In this document: positions 40,773 through 50,668 of the stretch, piece by piece
Position numbering within the stretch: position 1 is the first letter of the stretch
Layout: every line of letters begins with the position of its first letter
Assembly: GCA_034172985.1 (NCBI GenBank)
Contig: JAXFDY010000189.1
Location: forward strand, 10,023 to 74,022
Direction: 5' to 3'
DNA length: 64,000 nucleotides
DNA from: Lachnospiraceae bacterium
Lineage (GTDB): Bacteria; Bacillota; Clostridia; Lachnospirales; Lachnospiraceae
Translations under genes and position numbers: made by a program
The notes under the pieces: model-generated
The model's database searches: none
The model's input: only the letters and a program-made list of their open reading frames with translations
What the model was told of the DNA's origin: nothing

Positions 40773-41972
40773 CTATTTTAGTTCATTTAAGAAGCTTTCT
40801 ATTCTTGTAAGGCCCTTATCAATTTGTTCAATTGAAATCGCATAAGATAATCTGATATGATCTGCAAAACCAAAATCTGCACATGGAACGACTGCCACAT
40901 TATAATCTTCTATCAGAATTCTTGCAAACTCAGCAGATGTCTCAACTTTCTTTCCCTTATAAGACATTTCCAGAGCTTTACTGATATCTACAAATACATA
41001 AAATGCACCTAATGGCTCTGTCACAGAAATATTCGGCATCTTAGACATCTTTTCATACATGAATTTTCTTCTCTTATCAAACTCACCAAGCATCATAGTT
41101 ACCGTAGACTGGTCACCTGTCAATGCTTCTACAGCAGCCTTCTGGGCAATTGAATTCGGATTTGATGTCTGATGGCTCTGAACACTTCCCATCAATTTTG
41201 CAATTTCTTCACTGGAACCGGTGTAACCAATTCTCCAGCCTGTCATTGCATAACTTTTTGCAAGTCCACTGACTGTAATCGTTCTCTTATATATTTCATC
41301 ATTAAATGAAGCAATACTTACATGTTTATTGCCATTATATACCAGATGCTCATACATTTCGTCAGATACAACATAAATATCATTCTTTACCACATAATCT
41401 GCAATAGCACGCAACTCTTCCTCTGAATAAATCATACCGGTAGGATTATTTGGCGTATTTAATACTAATGCCTTCGTTTTTTCTGTTGTCACAGACTGTA
41501 ATTGTTCTGCAGTTACTTTATATCCGTTTTCTTTATCTCCTCTGACAAATACAGGAACACCATCCGAAAGTTTTACAATTTCAGGATAGCTTAACCAATA
41601 TGGTGCCGGAATAATAACCTCATCTCCAGGATTTAAGATAGCTTCAAACACATTTGTAAGAGAATGCTTTCCACCATTGCTGATTACAATCTGGCTTGGC
41701 TTATAATCCAATCCATTAAATTTCTTGAATTTATCGCAAATAGCCTCCTTTAATTCATTAATTCCTGATGCTGGTGTATATTTTGTAAATCCACTCTTAA
41801 TCGCATCAATTGCTGCATTACATATATTATCAGGTGTGTTAAAATCCGGTTCTCCTGCACCAAATCCTACTACATCTAATCCCTGTTCCTTTAATTCTTT
41901 TGCCTTTGCAGTAATTGCTAATGTTGAAGAAGGTTTCACTGCCTGTGCTTTTCTCGATAATGTTAATGCCAT
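40773..41972 (-). CDS. aspC: Class I/II PLP aminotransferase (aspartate aminotransferase-like)
   Basis: GAGEPDF, NTPNNPTG, SDEMY, SGLAKSYAMTGWRIG. Confidence 0.88.
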   Translation of the reverse strand: MALTLSRKAQAVKPSSTLAITAKAKELKEQGLDVVGFGAGEPDFNTPDNICNAAIDAIKSGFTKYTPASGINELKEAICDKFKKFNGLDYKPSQIVISNGGKHSLTNVFEAILNPGDEVIIPAPYWLSYPEIVKLSDGVPVFVRGDKENGYKVTAEQLQSVTTEKTKALVLNTPNNPTGMIYSEEELRAIADYVVKNDIYVVSDEMYEHLVYNGNKHVSIASFNDEIYKRTITVSGLAKSYAMTGWRIGYTGSSEEIAKLMGSVQSHQTSNPNSIAQKAAVEALTGDQSTVTMMLGEFDKRRKFMYEKMSKMPNISVTEPLGAFYVFVDISKALEMSYKGKKVETSAEFARILIEDYNVAVVPCADFGFADHIRLSYAISIEQIDKGLTRIESFLNELK

Positions 41973-42099
41973 TTTTCTATCATCCTTTCTCTTTCCAATC
42001 GGTTATCATTTCAAAATTAAGTATCTTCCATACCCATCTCATGATTTCCTGTGTCCGTCTCACATGTACTTTAGTTTGTACTCCGCAGACACTTGCTAC

Positions 42100-42128
42100 A
42101 TTATAATACAAAGAGAATCTATTGTCTA
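42100..42128 (-). promoter_or_regulatory. Sigma-A promoter of aspC, giving an approximately 120-nt 5' leader
   Basis: TAGACA-N17-TATAAT. Confidence 0.75.
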
Positions 42129-42158
42129 GTTTTTTATGAATTTTTTTATAATTTAATT

Positions 42159-42291
42159 ACTTTGATACCAGGGGCAAAAGTTCTGAACTCACATGTTTTT
42201 GCTGTATTCACAGGCAACTTGAAACAAAGTAGCTGAATCATTAAAGTTCCTACGAAAAAAAAGGACTACATAAAATGTAATCCTCTTTTTT
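42159..42291 (+). ncRNA. Candidate small RNA (possibly a shortened 6S-like element)
   Basis: TATAAT at 42147-42152, extended hairpin potential, and a terminator with a T tail on the + strand; not model-confirmed. Confidence 0.25.
42255..42291 (-). terminator. Intrinsic terminator after rny (T tracts on both sides)
   Basis: Minus strand GGATTACA-TTTTA-TGTAGTCC-TTTTTTTT. Confidence 0.8.
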
Positions 42292-42327
42292 AACTATCCA
42301 TTTCCCTTGGATTTTAATGGTCGTAAA

Positions 42328-43875
42328 CTATTTTGCATATTCCACGCATCTGGATTCACGAACCACACTTACTTTAATCTGTCCAGGATATTCAAGTTCA
42401 TTTTCTATCTGTTTTGAAATATCCCTCGCCATCAATACCATATCAGCATCGCTTACCTGTTCCGGTATTACCATAACACGAACCTCTCGACCTGCCTGTA
42501 TTGCAAAAGATTTTTCAACTCCCTTGTAAGAGTTACTGATGTCTTCCAGCTGTTTTAAACGGTTTGTATATGTCTCTAAAGTTTCTCTTCTTGCACCTGG
42601 TCTTGCTGCAGATATTGCATCAGCCGCCTGTACAAGACATGCAATTAATGATTCCGGTGCCACATCTCCATGATGTGCCTCAACCGCATTAATCACAACT
42701 GCTGATTCCTTATACTTTCTACACAAATCAACACCAATCTGAATATGTGAGCCTTCCATCTCATGATCTACCGATTTACCGATATCATGAAGTAATCCCG
42801 CTCTCTTAGCCTGTCTTACATCAACACCTATTTCACCTGCAAGCAATCCTGCCAAATGAGCAACCTCTATCGAATGCTTCAATGCATTCTGACCATAGCT
42901 TGTTCTAAATCTCATCTTTCCTAAAAGTCGAATCAACTCTGGATGAATACCATGAACGCCTACTTCCAACGCAGCCTCTTCACCGGTCTCACGCATCATT
43001 GTCTCTACTTCTTTCTGAGCTTTCTCAACCATCTCTTCGATTCTCGCCGGATGAATACGTCCATCTACAATCAGTTTTTCAAGAGCAATTCTTGCAACTT
43101 CTCTTCGAATCGGGTCAAAACTTGATAAGATAACTGCTTCCGGAGTATCGTCAATAATCAAATCAACACCGGTAAGAGTTTCCAATGTACGAATATTTCT
43201 ACCTTCACGTCCGATAATACGGCCTTTCATCTCATCGTTCGGAAGTTGTACAACAGAAATCGTCGTTTCTGATACATGGTCAGCTGCACATTTCTGTATC
43301 GCTGTCACCACATATTCCTTCGCTTTCTTTCCTGCTTCTTCCCTTGCTCTGGTTTCAAGCTCTTTGATCAGTTTCGCTGTGTCAAGCTTCACATCATCTT
43401 CTACTGTCTTTAACAGCAAATCTTTTGCCTGTTCGGAGGTAAGCCCCGAGATTCTCTCCAGTTCCTTTGTTCTCTGCTCGTTCAGCTTCTCAATATCAGC
43501 TTTCTGCTTCATCAGCTTGTCTTCTTTTGCGGCTAGAGCAACTTCTTTCTTTTCCAGCATCTCAGATTTCTTATCAACAGCTTCTTCTTTTGATAATACT
43601 CTCTTTTCATAACGCTGTAATTCATTTCTTCTTTCTTTTGTCTCTCTTTCCAGCTCATTTTTCGTCTTTAGCGACTCTTCTTTTGCTTCCAAGAGAGCTT
43701 CTCTTTTTTTAGTTTCAGCTGTTTTTAATGCTTCATCTATGATTTCGTTTGATCTGGCTTCCGCACTGCCAATTTTGGCTTCTACACCTTTTTTATAGTA
43801 TGTAATCGCAACAAACCAGATAATAATAGCAGTTACAACAAATGTTATTACAACAGCAATTATAATATCAGTCAC
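42328..43875 (-). CDS. rny: Ribonuclease Y
   Basis: N-terminal TM, coiled coil, KH ([13 protein letters not shown]), HD (LLHDIGK). Confidence 0.97.
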   Translation of the reverse strand: MTDIIIAVVITFVVTAIIIWFVAITYYKKGVEAKIGSAEARSNEIIDEALKTAETKKREALLEAKEESLKTKNELERETKERRNELQRYEKRVLSKEEAVDKKSEMLEKKEVALAAKEDKLMKQKADIEKLNEQRTKELERISGLTSEQAKDLLLKTVEDDVKLDTAKLIKELETRAREEAGKKAKEYVVTAIQKCAADHVSETTISVVQLPNDEMKGRIIGREGRNIRTLETLTGVDLIIDDTPEAVILSSFDPIRREVARIALEKLIVDGRIHPARIEEMVEKAQKEVETMMRETGEEAALEVGVHGIHPELIRLLGKMRFRTSYGQNALKHSIEVAHLAGLLAGEIGVDVRQAKRAGLLHDIGKSVDHEMEGSHIQIGVDLCRKYKESAVVINAVEAHHGDVAPESLIACLVQAADAISAARPGARRETLETYTNRLKQLEDISNSYKGVEKSFAIQAGREVRVMVIPEQVSDADMVLMARDISKQIENELEYPGQIKVSVVRESRCVEYAK

Positions 43876-43921
43876 AGGAGCACCTCCTTATTAAATTTTC
43901 ATTGTACAATACAACATATTA

Positions 43922-43950
43922 ATTTTATACTTTTTCGCTTATTATGTCAA
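43922..43950 (-). promoter_or_regulatory. Sigma-A promoter of rny
   Basis: TTGACA-N17-TAAAAT. Confidence 0.75.
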
Positions 43951-44013
43951 GTATATATACTATTTTTTTATACTACTTGCACAATATTTTGTGCCTGTTA
44001 CTGATAAAAAACA

Positions 44014-44640
44014 CTATACATTCGATTCCTGCGGATTTTTCATACAATATTGTATATCTTCCATCTCAAAACCTTTTCTGACTAAAAATGCCATAATTTT
44101 ATTTTTTTCCTTATAATCCGTCTGTCCATAATCATACTTTTTCTTTTCCAGCAGTCGATAAATCATCTGCTGTTCCTGATTCTCTTGCTGAGTTTCTTCC
44201 ATAGAATCAAAGACTTCCCGAATCATATCTTTTGAAATACCTTTCAGTATCAGTGACTGAGTAATCAACTGTCTGCTCTTTCTTCGCTGATTTTCATGTA
44301 TGTAGTTTTCTACATAACGCCGGTCATCTACATACCCATATTTTTTTAAAAATTCTATACCATAATCAATCACTTCCTGAGGATAATATCCTCGTTTCAA
44401 TTTCATCCTGATATCATTCTCCGCCCGGTCTCTGTCTTTCAACAAATATAAAGTACGCTCTTTGACCCTTTTTTTCAGCACTTCCTCCACAATGTTCTGA
44501 TAAATACTCTCCGGCAAATCATCACCCTCTGAAATACCATAGCGTCTAATCTCTCCATTGTAGAGTGAAAAAGGTTCCATACCTGCAATTACAATCTTTG
44601 ACTTCTTTTTATCAATAGGAATAATCTCTGCCACTTTCAT
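44014..44640 (-). CDS. recX: RecA regulator RecX
   Basis: LKDRDRAENDI, YVDDRRY, FLVRKGF; directly after recA. Confidence 0.88.
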   Translation of the reverse strand: MKVAEIIPIDKKKSKIVIAGMEPFSLYNGEIRRYGISEGDDLPESIYQNIVEEVLKKRVKERTLYLLKDRDRAENDIRMKLKRGYYPQEVIDYGIEFLKKYGYVDDRRYVENYIHENQRRKSRQLITQSLILKGISKDMIREVFDSMEETQQENQEQQMIYRLLEKKKYDYGQTDYKEKNKIMAFLVRKGFEMEDIQYCMKNPQESNV

Positions 44641-44642
44641 GC

Positions 44643-45683
44643 TTATTCCTCTGTCTCTTCTATTGCTTCATCATGACTTTCCTGAATATCTGTCTTAAAA
44701 TATCTTTCTCTTACAGCAGCTTCTACTGCATTACAGATTTCAGGATTATTTTTCAGGAACTGTTTTGCATTCTCACGTCCCTGACCGATTTTATCACCAT
44801 TATAGGCATACCATGCTCCACTTTTATTAATAATGCCACTTTCCGCCGCAAGATCAAGGATATCCCCCACTGTAGAGATGCCTTCTCCAAACATAATGTC
44901 AAATTCTGCCTCTTTAAATGGAGGAGCAATCTTATTTTTTACAACTTTTGCTCTGGTTCTGCTTCCTATCACCTCTCCTCCAGCCTTTAATGTCTCAATT
45001 TTTCTTACATCTAACCGAATAGAGGAGTAGAATTTCAATGCACGACCGCCGGTGGTAGTTTCCGGATTTCCAAACATCACTCCCACCTTTTCTCTCAACT
45101 GATTAATAAACACAACGATACAGTTTGACTTACTGATAATAGCAGTAAGTTTTCTGAGTGCCTGGGACATCAGTCTGGCTTGTAAACCGATATGACTGTC
45201 TCCCATCTCACCATCAATTTCTGCTTTTGGGACAAGTGCTGCCACAGAATCCACAATAATAATATCTACCGCACCGGAACGCACCAGAGTTTCTGTGATT
45301 TCCAATGCCTGCTCACCATAATCCGGCTGTGATATATATAAATCATCAATATTTACACCTATATTTTTGGCATAAACCGGATCCAGTGCATGTTCTGCAT
45401 CGATAAATCCTGCTATACCTCCTCTTTTCTGCACTTCTGCAATCATATGAAGAGCAACTGTCGTCTTACCACTTGATTCCGGACCATAAATCTCCACAAT
45501 ACGTCCCTTTGGAATGCCTCCAAGTCCAAGTGCAATATCAAGACTTAACGAACCGGTAGGCACAGTCTCTATATTCATATTCGAACTGGAATCTCCCAGT
45601 TTCATAATAGAACCTTTTCCATGCTGTTTCTCAATTTGTGCTAACGCAGCATCTAATGCCTTTAATTTATCATTATTATCCAT
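44643..45683 (-). CDS. recA: Recombinase A
   Basis: [36 protein letters not shown]. Confidence 0.99.
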   Translation of the reverse strand: MDNNDKLKALDAALAQIEKQHGKGSIMKLGDSSSNMNIETVPTGSLSLDIALGLGGIPKGRIVEIYGPESSGKTTVALHMIAEVQKRGGIAGFIDAEHALDPVYAKNIGVNIDDLYISQPDYGEQALEITETLVRSGAVDIIIVDSVAALVPKAEIDGEMGDSHIGLQARLMSQALRKLTAIISKSNCIVVFINQLREKVGVMFGNPETTTGGRALKFYSSIRLDVRKIETLKAGGEVIGSRTRAKVVKNKIAPPFKEAEFDIMFGEGISTVGDILDLAAESGIINKSGAWYAYNGDKIGQGRENAKQFLKNNPEICNAVEAAVRERYFKTDIQESHDEAIEETEE

Positions 45684-45741
45684 ACAAAAAAATCCTCCGC
45701 TATAAAATATTATTACTCATCTCTGCAAACATGATTTTATT

Positions 45742-45769
45742 CGAAAGTATGTTTGCGAATATTTGTTCG
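45742..45769. promoter_or_regulatory. Tandem LexA (Cheo/SOS) box-like sites
   Basis: CGAATATTTGTTCG (1 mismatch to CGAAC-N4-GTTCG) abutting CGAAAGTATGTTTG, just downstream of the recA -10. Confidence 0.7.
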
Positions 45770-45778
45770 ATTACTCAT

Positions 45779-45807
45779 ATCATATTATAAATTAAATCAT
45801 TTGTCAA
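45779..45807 (-). promoter_or_regulatory. Sigma-A promoter of recA
   Basis: TTGACA-N17-TATGAT. Confidence 0.75.
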
Positions 45808-45862
45808 CTTATTTTATTCCCATTTTAATGTTACATGCATTTGCGTTATTATTACGGTATCA

Positions 45863-46330
45863 TTAATTTTTTATTATGTCAAGTGTAAATTTTAAAGCAT
45901 GATTTGCTGCTGCCTCCCTGATTTCCAGACGATTTCCGGGAAATATTTTTGATGTCACATATACTTTTTTGTCATAAAAGCAGCCAAACCAGACTAATCC
46001 TACCGGTTTTTCTTCTGTTCCTCCTCCCGGACCTGCGATACCCGACGTAACCACTGTAACGTCTGCCCCTGTTTCTCTGGCACAGCCTTCTGCCATTTCT
46101 CTGACTGTTTCTTCACTTACTGCTCCAAACTGCTCCAGTGTGTTCTTATTCACTCCGAGATATTTCATTTTTGTCTCATTGGCATAAGTTACAAATCCGG
46201 TTTGAAAAACCTCCGAAGCTCCTGAGACATTTACAATTTTTGAAGCTACCATTCCACCTGTACAGGATTCTGCCGTAGCAATAACATATTTTTTTTCATT
46301 TAATAACGTAACCAATTCTTCTTCCCACAT
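45863..46330 (-). CDS. CinA C-terminal domain protein (NMN deamidase PncC-like), stand-alone
   Basis: ATAESCTGG, VTYANETK, GAVSEETV, SGIAGPGGG, KPVGLV; AGGAG before MWEEE. Confidence 0.88.
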   Translation of the reverse strand: MWEEELVTLLNEKKYVIATAESCTGGMVASKIVNVSGASEVFQTGFVTYANETKMKYLGVNKNTLEQFGAVSEETVREMAEGCARETGADVTVVTSGIAGPGGGTEEKPVGLVWFGCFYDKKVYVTSKIFPGNRLEIREAAANHALKFTLDIIKN

Positions 46331-46409
46331 ATTTTCTCCTAACTGAAAGAAAAGTAACTGCTGTTTTGGTACATTTTTGAATATGTCCGTCACAACAGTT
46401 ACTTATTTC

Positions 46410-46949
46410 TTAATTATTGCTTTCTTTTAACACATCTTTATTTTTCATCAGATAATCCACCAGAGATATAATCGTAAGAATCAGGGATACATAAACCAGT
46501 ACCTGTCCTACAATAGTATAAAGGCTGAAGTTCAAATCAAGAATCAGCCATATAATCATTACCATCTGGCATACAGTTTTTATCTTTCCCCAATAGCTTG
46601 CAGCAATTACAATTCCATTATCTGCAGCTATCGTACGAAAACCACTGATAATCAATTCACGGCTTATGATAATGATAACAATCCATTTCGGAATCACATT
46701 TGTCAGGCAAATTAATGCAGAACAAACTAAAAGCTTGTCTGCCAAAGGATCCATAAATTTTCCGAAATTAGTTACCAGATTATACTTTCTCGCAATTTTT
46801 CCATCCAAAGTATCTGTGATACTTGCAACTACAAAAATAGCCAGAGCAATATACTTATCAGCCCCCGGGAAAATCGTACACTCCATAAAGAGTACAAAAA
46901 ACGGAATCATGCACATTCTTAAAATAGTAAGTTTGTTTGGTAAATTCAT
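46410..46949 (-). CDS. pgsA: CDP-diacylglycerol--glycerol-3-phosphate 3-phosphatidyltransferase
   Basis: MNLPNKLT, TDTLDGKIARK...GKFMDPLADK. Confidence 0.95.
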   Translation of the reverse strand: MNLPNKLTILRMCMIPFFVLFMECTIFPGADKYIALAIFVVASITDTLDGKIARKYNLVTNFGKFMDPLADKLLVCSALICLTNVIPKWIVIIIISRELIISGFRTIAADNGIVIAASYWGKIKTVCQMVMIIWLILDLNFSLYTIVGQVLVYVSLILTIISLVDYLMKNKDVLKESNN

Positions 46950-46980
46950 CTTTTCCTCCTATTCCATAAGAGAACCGGTA

Positions 46981-48303
46981 TCAAATCAGTTCTCCTATCA
47001 AATCATAGTCCGATGCACCTGTGATTTTCACTTTGACAAAGTCACCGGTCATTAATGCCTCACCGGTATTAATAAAAACATATCCGTCAATATTTGGTGC
47101 ATCCATATATGTTCTTCCAATATATGCGTTCTCATCAGCAACTTTTCCTTCGATAATTGCAATCATTTCTCTTCCAATTTTTTCTTCTGATTTTTCAAAT
47201 GCAATATCCTGCTGTAATTCCATTAACTCGCACTGCCGGTCAGCCTTTAATTCCTCGTCAATCTGATGTGCAAATTCTGCCGCAGGTGTTCCCTCCTCTG
47301 GAGAATAGGTAAATACACCCAGACGATCAAATTCCATTTGATCCACAAAATCCATCATTTCTTCGAATTCTTCCTGGGTTTCTCCCGGAAATCCTGTAAT
47401 CAGCGTAGTACGAATCACAATATCATCCATCTCGCTTCTCAGTTTTTCTACTATATCGACGATTTCCTGTTTATTTGTCCGACGACCCATTTTCTTTAAT
47501 ATCGCATCACTGCAATGTTGTATCGGCATATCGATATAATGACATATTTTCTTTTCTTCCTTCATCACCTGAATCAGTTCATCATAGATTTCCTCCGGAT
47601 AGCAATACATAATGCGGATAAACATGATTCCATCTACTTTGCATAATTCTTTCAACAACTTATGCAATGATTTCTCGCCATAAAGATCTTTTCCATAAAC
47701 AGTCGTTTCCTGAGCCACCAGAATCAGTTCTCTGACGCCTTTTGCGGCCAGTGCTTCTGCCTGCCGAATCAACTGTTCCATAGGAACACTGCGATACTTT
47801 CCCCTGATTTTAGGTATAATGCAGTATGTGCAGTGTTTATCACATCCCTCTGCAATTTTTAAATGAGCATAGTAACCACCTGTTGTTACCACTCTCTCTG
47901 TCCGGATATCCGGTAACCTGTCTAAGTCTTTAAATACCTGTGGCTTTGTGCCTTTCAACGCACCATCCACAGCCTCCAGAATAGCATCGTAAGAAGATGT
48001 TCCCAAAACAGCATCTACTTCCGGTATCTCTTTATAGATTTCATCCTTATATCTTTGAGCGAGACATCCGGTCACAATCAGAGCTTTACAGCAATAATGA
48101 ATTTTGCACTGTGCCATATCCAGAATCGTATTGATACTCTCCTCTTTTGCATCATTGATAAAGCAACAGGAATTCACTATAATTATATCAGCTTCCCGCT
48201 CATCATCCGTAAACTCATATCCCCTGCTTTGCAGAATTCCCAGCATTTCCTCTGAGTCTGCAAGATTCTTATCGCATCCTAATGATATGAATAGTATTTT
48301 CAC
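46981..48303 (-). CDS. rimO: Ribosomal protein S12 methylthiotransferase
   Basis: SLGCDKNLADSE, NSCCFI, EGCDKHCTYC radical SAM motif, TRAM tail; GTG start after GGAGGT. Confidence 0.93.
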   Translation of the reverse strand: MKILFISLGCDKNLADSEEMLGILQSRGYEFTDDEREADIIIVNSCCFINDAKEESINTILDMAQCKIHYCCKALIVTGCLAQRYKDEIYKEIPEVDAVLGTSSYDAILEAVDGALKGTKPQVFKDLDRLPDIRTERVVTTGGYYAHLKIAEGCDKHCTYCIIPKIRGKYRSVPMEQLIRQAEALAAKGVRELILVAQETTVYGKDLYGEKSLHKLLKELCKVDGIMFIRIMYCYPEEIYDELIQVMKEEKKICHYIDMPIQHCSDAILKKMGRRTNKQEIVDIVEKLRSEMDDIVIRTTLITGFPGETQEEFEEMMDFVDQMEFDRLGVFTYSPEEGTPAAEFAHQIDEELKADRQCELMELQQDIAFEKSEEKIGREMIAIIEGKVADENAYIGRTYMDAPNIDGYVFINTGEALMTGDFVKVKITGASDYDLIGELI

Positions 48304-48357
48304 AAAAACCTCCACTTGCAAAAGAAACCGCCCATGCGGTCTCTTTCATCTTATTCT

Positions 48358-48654
48358 CTATTCTTCAGTCACATTTACTTCCTGTGTTTCCACTGTCTCG
48401 TTATTTTCCTCCGCCACTTCTTCCTCAGACAAAATCCGGATTTTAGAATCATGTAATTCTTCAACTGCAATAGATAATGGCTTAATACCTTTTCCCTTTG
48501 CTTTTACTAATGGCTCCTGTCCCGCAATAATCTGTCTTGCACGTTTTGCTGTTGCCAGTACAATTGAGTAACGGCTCTGAACAACTGGCTGTTCCCCCTG
48601 CTCTACCTCACTGTTTACTACTGCCATTAAGTCTGTATAAGATGGATGTAACAT
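48358..48654 (-). CDS. rpoZ: RNA polymerase omega subunit
   Basis: MLHPSYTDLM, SRYSIVLATAKRARQI, KPLSIAVEEL. Confidence 0.93.
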   Translation of the reverse strand: MLHPSYTDLMAVVNSEVEQGEQPVVQSRYSIVLATAKRARQIIAGQEPLVKAKGKGIKPLSIAVEELHDSKIRILSEEEVAEENNETVETQEVNVTEE

Positions 48655-48682
48655 ATCTTTTCTCCTTTCAATACTTTCTTTT

Positions 48683-49561
48683 TTATTCTATATTCTGAAT
48701 CTGTTCCCTGATCTTTTCAATCTCAGTTTTCAGCTCGATTCCTTTATTTGTCACTTCCAGATTATTTGCCTTTGATAAAATAGTATTTGCTTCACGATTC
48801 ATTTCCTGTGCCAGAAAATCCAATTTTCTTCCCTGCTTATCCCCATGAAGCAATTCTTCTTTCATGCCCAGTACATGGCTTTTCAATCTGACAACTTCCT
48901 CGTCCACGCACATCTTATCAGCAAATATAACAACCTCAGAAGCAATCCTTGCATCATCAATCTGAGTATCACTTAGTATCTCATGCATTTTTTCTTCCAG
49001 TTTGTTTCGATAGTCTTCCAAAACCTGTGGAGATTTTTTCTCAACAAACTCTACTGTATCCAAGAGTCCGTCTAATTTCTGACATAAATCTGCTTTCAGA
49101 TTCTCGCCTTCTTTTATCCTTGCCTCTGCCAGTTTTTCGCAGGCACCTTTCATGGTCTCTTCCATCAGTTCCCAGATTTCAGCTTCATTAATCTGTACGT
49201 CTTCCATTGTAAGAACATCCGGATATCTGGATAATGAACTGACTGTAATATCATTCCTTAATCCAAGTTCTTCTTCCATCACCTTGAAATACCGCATATA
49301 CTCCTGTGCAATTTTCTTATTAAACTTTAGTTGTTCATCAGTACCACTCATATCTTCATATGAAACTACAATATCAATCTTACCGCGAACTGCATATTCT
49401 TTTAAAATACCTCTCATACCGGTCTCGAACATATTGAGCAGTCTCGGAAGTTTTATATTCACATCCAGATATTTATGATTTACTGATTTCATCTCTATGG
49501 TGAGTTTACGGCTGTTCCTGACTACCTCATAACGGCCGAACCCTGTCATGCTTCTTACCAT
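48683..49561 (-). CDS. YicC/YloC family endoribonuclease
   Basis: SMTGFGR, KSVNHKYLD, GRKLDFLAQEMNREANTILSK, EQIQNIE. Confidence 0.92.
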   Translation of the reverse strand: MVRSMTGFGRYEVVRNSRKLTIEMKSVNHKYLDVNIKLPRLLNMFETGMRGILKEYAVRGKIDIVVSYEDMSGTDEQLKFNKKIAQEYMRYFKVMEEELGLRNDITVSSLSRYPDVLTMEDVQINEAEIWELMEETMKGACEKLAEARIKEGENLKADLCQKLDGLLDTVEFVEKKSPQVLEDYRNKLEEKMHEILSDTQIDDARIASEVVIFADKMCVDEEVVRLKSHVLGMKEELLHGDKQGRKLDFLAQEMNREANTILSKANNLEVTNKGIELKTEIEKIREQIQNIE

Positions 49562-49678
49562 GATATCCTTTCCCGAACAAAGCATCTATCAGTCTGTGGC
49601 TGGTTTTCCATTTATCGTATCGCTTTTTCTGCTTTGTCCTACCAGCCCATAATCTTTGATATTATATCCTAAATAACT

Positions 49679-50401
49679 TCATTCGTCAACTATTTGCCCT
49701 AGGATTTCCCCGATTTTACCTTTTATCACTAAATCGGCCATTCCATCCCTTGATGTCGGGTCCAGATTTATCAATACAAGTTTATTTCCTGTATAATAGT
49801 CAATCATGCCAGCCGCCGGATACACTACCAGAGAAGTTCCACCCACAATAAGCATATCCGCATTTTTCAACTCATAGACAGCTTCATTTATTGTATTTGT
49901 ATCCAATCCCTCCTCGTATAACACTACATCAGGTTTTACCGTTCCCCCACAGCTACACTTCGGCACTCCCGGACTTTTCAAAATATAATCAAGATCATAA
50001 AATTTTCTGCATTTTTCACAATAATTTCTATGGATACTTCCGTGAAGTTCCAAAACCTTTTTACTGTCGGCCATCTGGTGCAGGCCATCAATATTTTGTG
50101 TAATAACTGCGCTTAATTTCCCCTGCTGCTCCAGCTTTGCCAGTGCCTTATGTGCCTTATTTGGCTTTGCATCGGGATAAATCATTCTATCCTTATAAAA
50201 CCGATAAAACTCCTCCGGATTCCTTTTATAGAAAGAATGACTAATAATGGTCTCCGGTGGATAATCATATTGCTGATGATACAGTCCATCCACACTTCTA
50301 AAATCCGGTATGCCACTCTCAGTCGATACGCCGGCCCCGCCAAAAAAAACAATCCTATGAGAATCATTTATCCACTGCTTTAATGTTTCCAAATCTTCCA
50401 T
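49679..50401 (-). CDS. cobB: NAD-dependent protein deacylase (Sir2/CobB)
   Basis: GAGVSTESGIPDFRS, TQNIDGLH, HGS, CxxC...CxC, KPDVVLYEE, GGTSLVVYPA. Confidence 0.88.
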   Translation of the reverse strand: MEDLETLKQWINDSHRIVFFGGAGVSTESGIPDFRSVDGLYHQQYDYPPETIISHSFYKRNPEEFYRFYKDRMIYPDAKPNKAHKALAKLEQQGKLSAVITQNIDGLHQMADSKKVLELHGSIHRNYCEKCRKFYDLDYILKSPGVPKCSCGGTVKPDVVLYEEGLDTNTINEAVYELKNADMLIVGGTSLVVYPAAGMIDYYTGNKLVLINLDPTSRDGMADLVIKGKIGEILGQIVDE

Positions 50402-50668
50402 AACCAGTCTCCTCTCGTATTTAAGAAATTAGGTCTTTCCACAACCCTTTGGTGAAGAGGGAATTATATTTATTTGCACTTTGTTATTATAACAATAAAT
50501 TATTTTCACATATTTGTCAATATTATTTAATATTTTTATTTTTTAATCTTTGATACAATTTGTCCAACCTTAATAAAGTTAGTAACCTCTAAAACAGACT
50601 ATGCTTGTTTTTTCTCCTCATATCTGCTATCATATAGACACATTTTCAATAGAAACGAGGTAAATATC

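Noticed and set aside
41972-42100. T-box riboswitch upstream of the aminotransferase
   Set aside because: Leader is only about 120 nt, with no AGGTGGNACC T-box sequence or terminator.
42150-42330. Full-length canonical 6S RNA
   Set aside because: The interval between TATAAT and the terminator is too short and no closing terminal stem at about 180 nt is visible; kept only as a low-confidence sRNA candidate.
49679-50401. Sir2 gene as an anti-phage (Thoeris/DSR-type) effector
   Set aside because: Short, canonical Zn-binding deacylase with no partner defence genes; housekeeping context.
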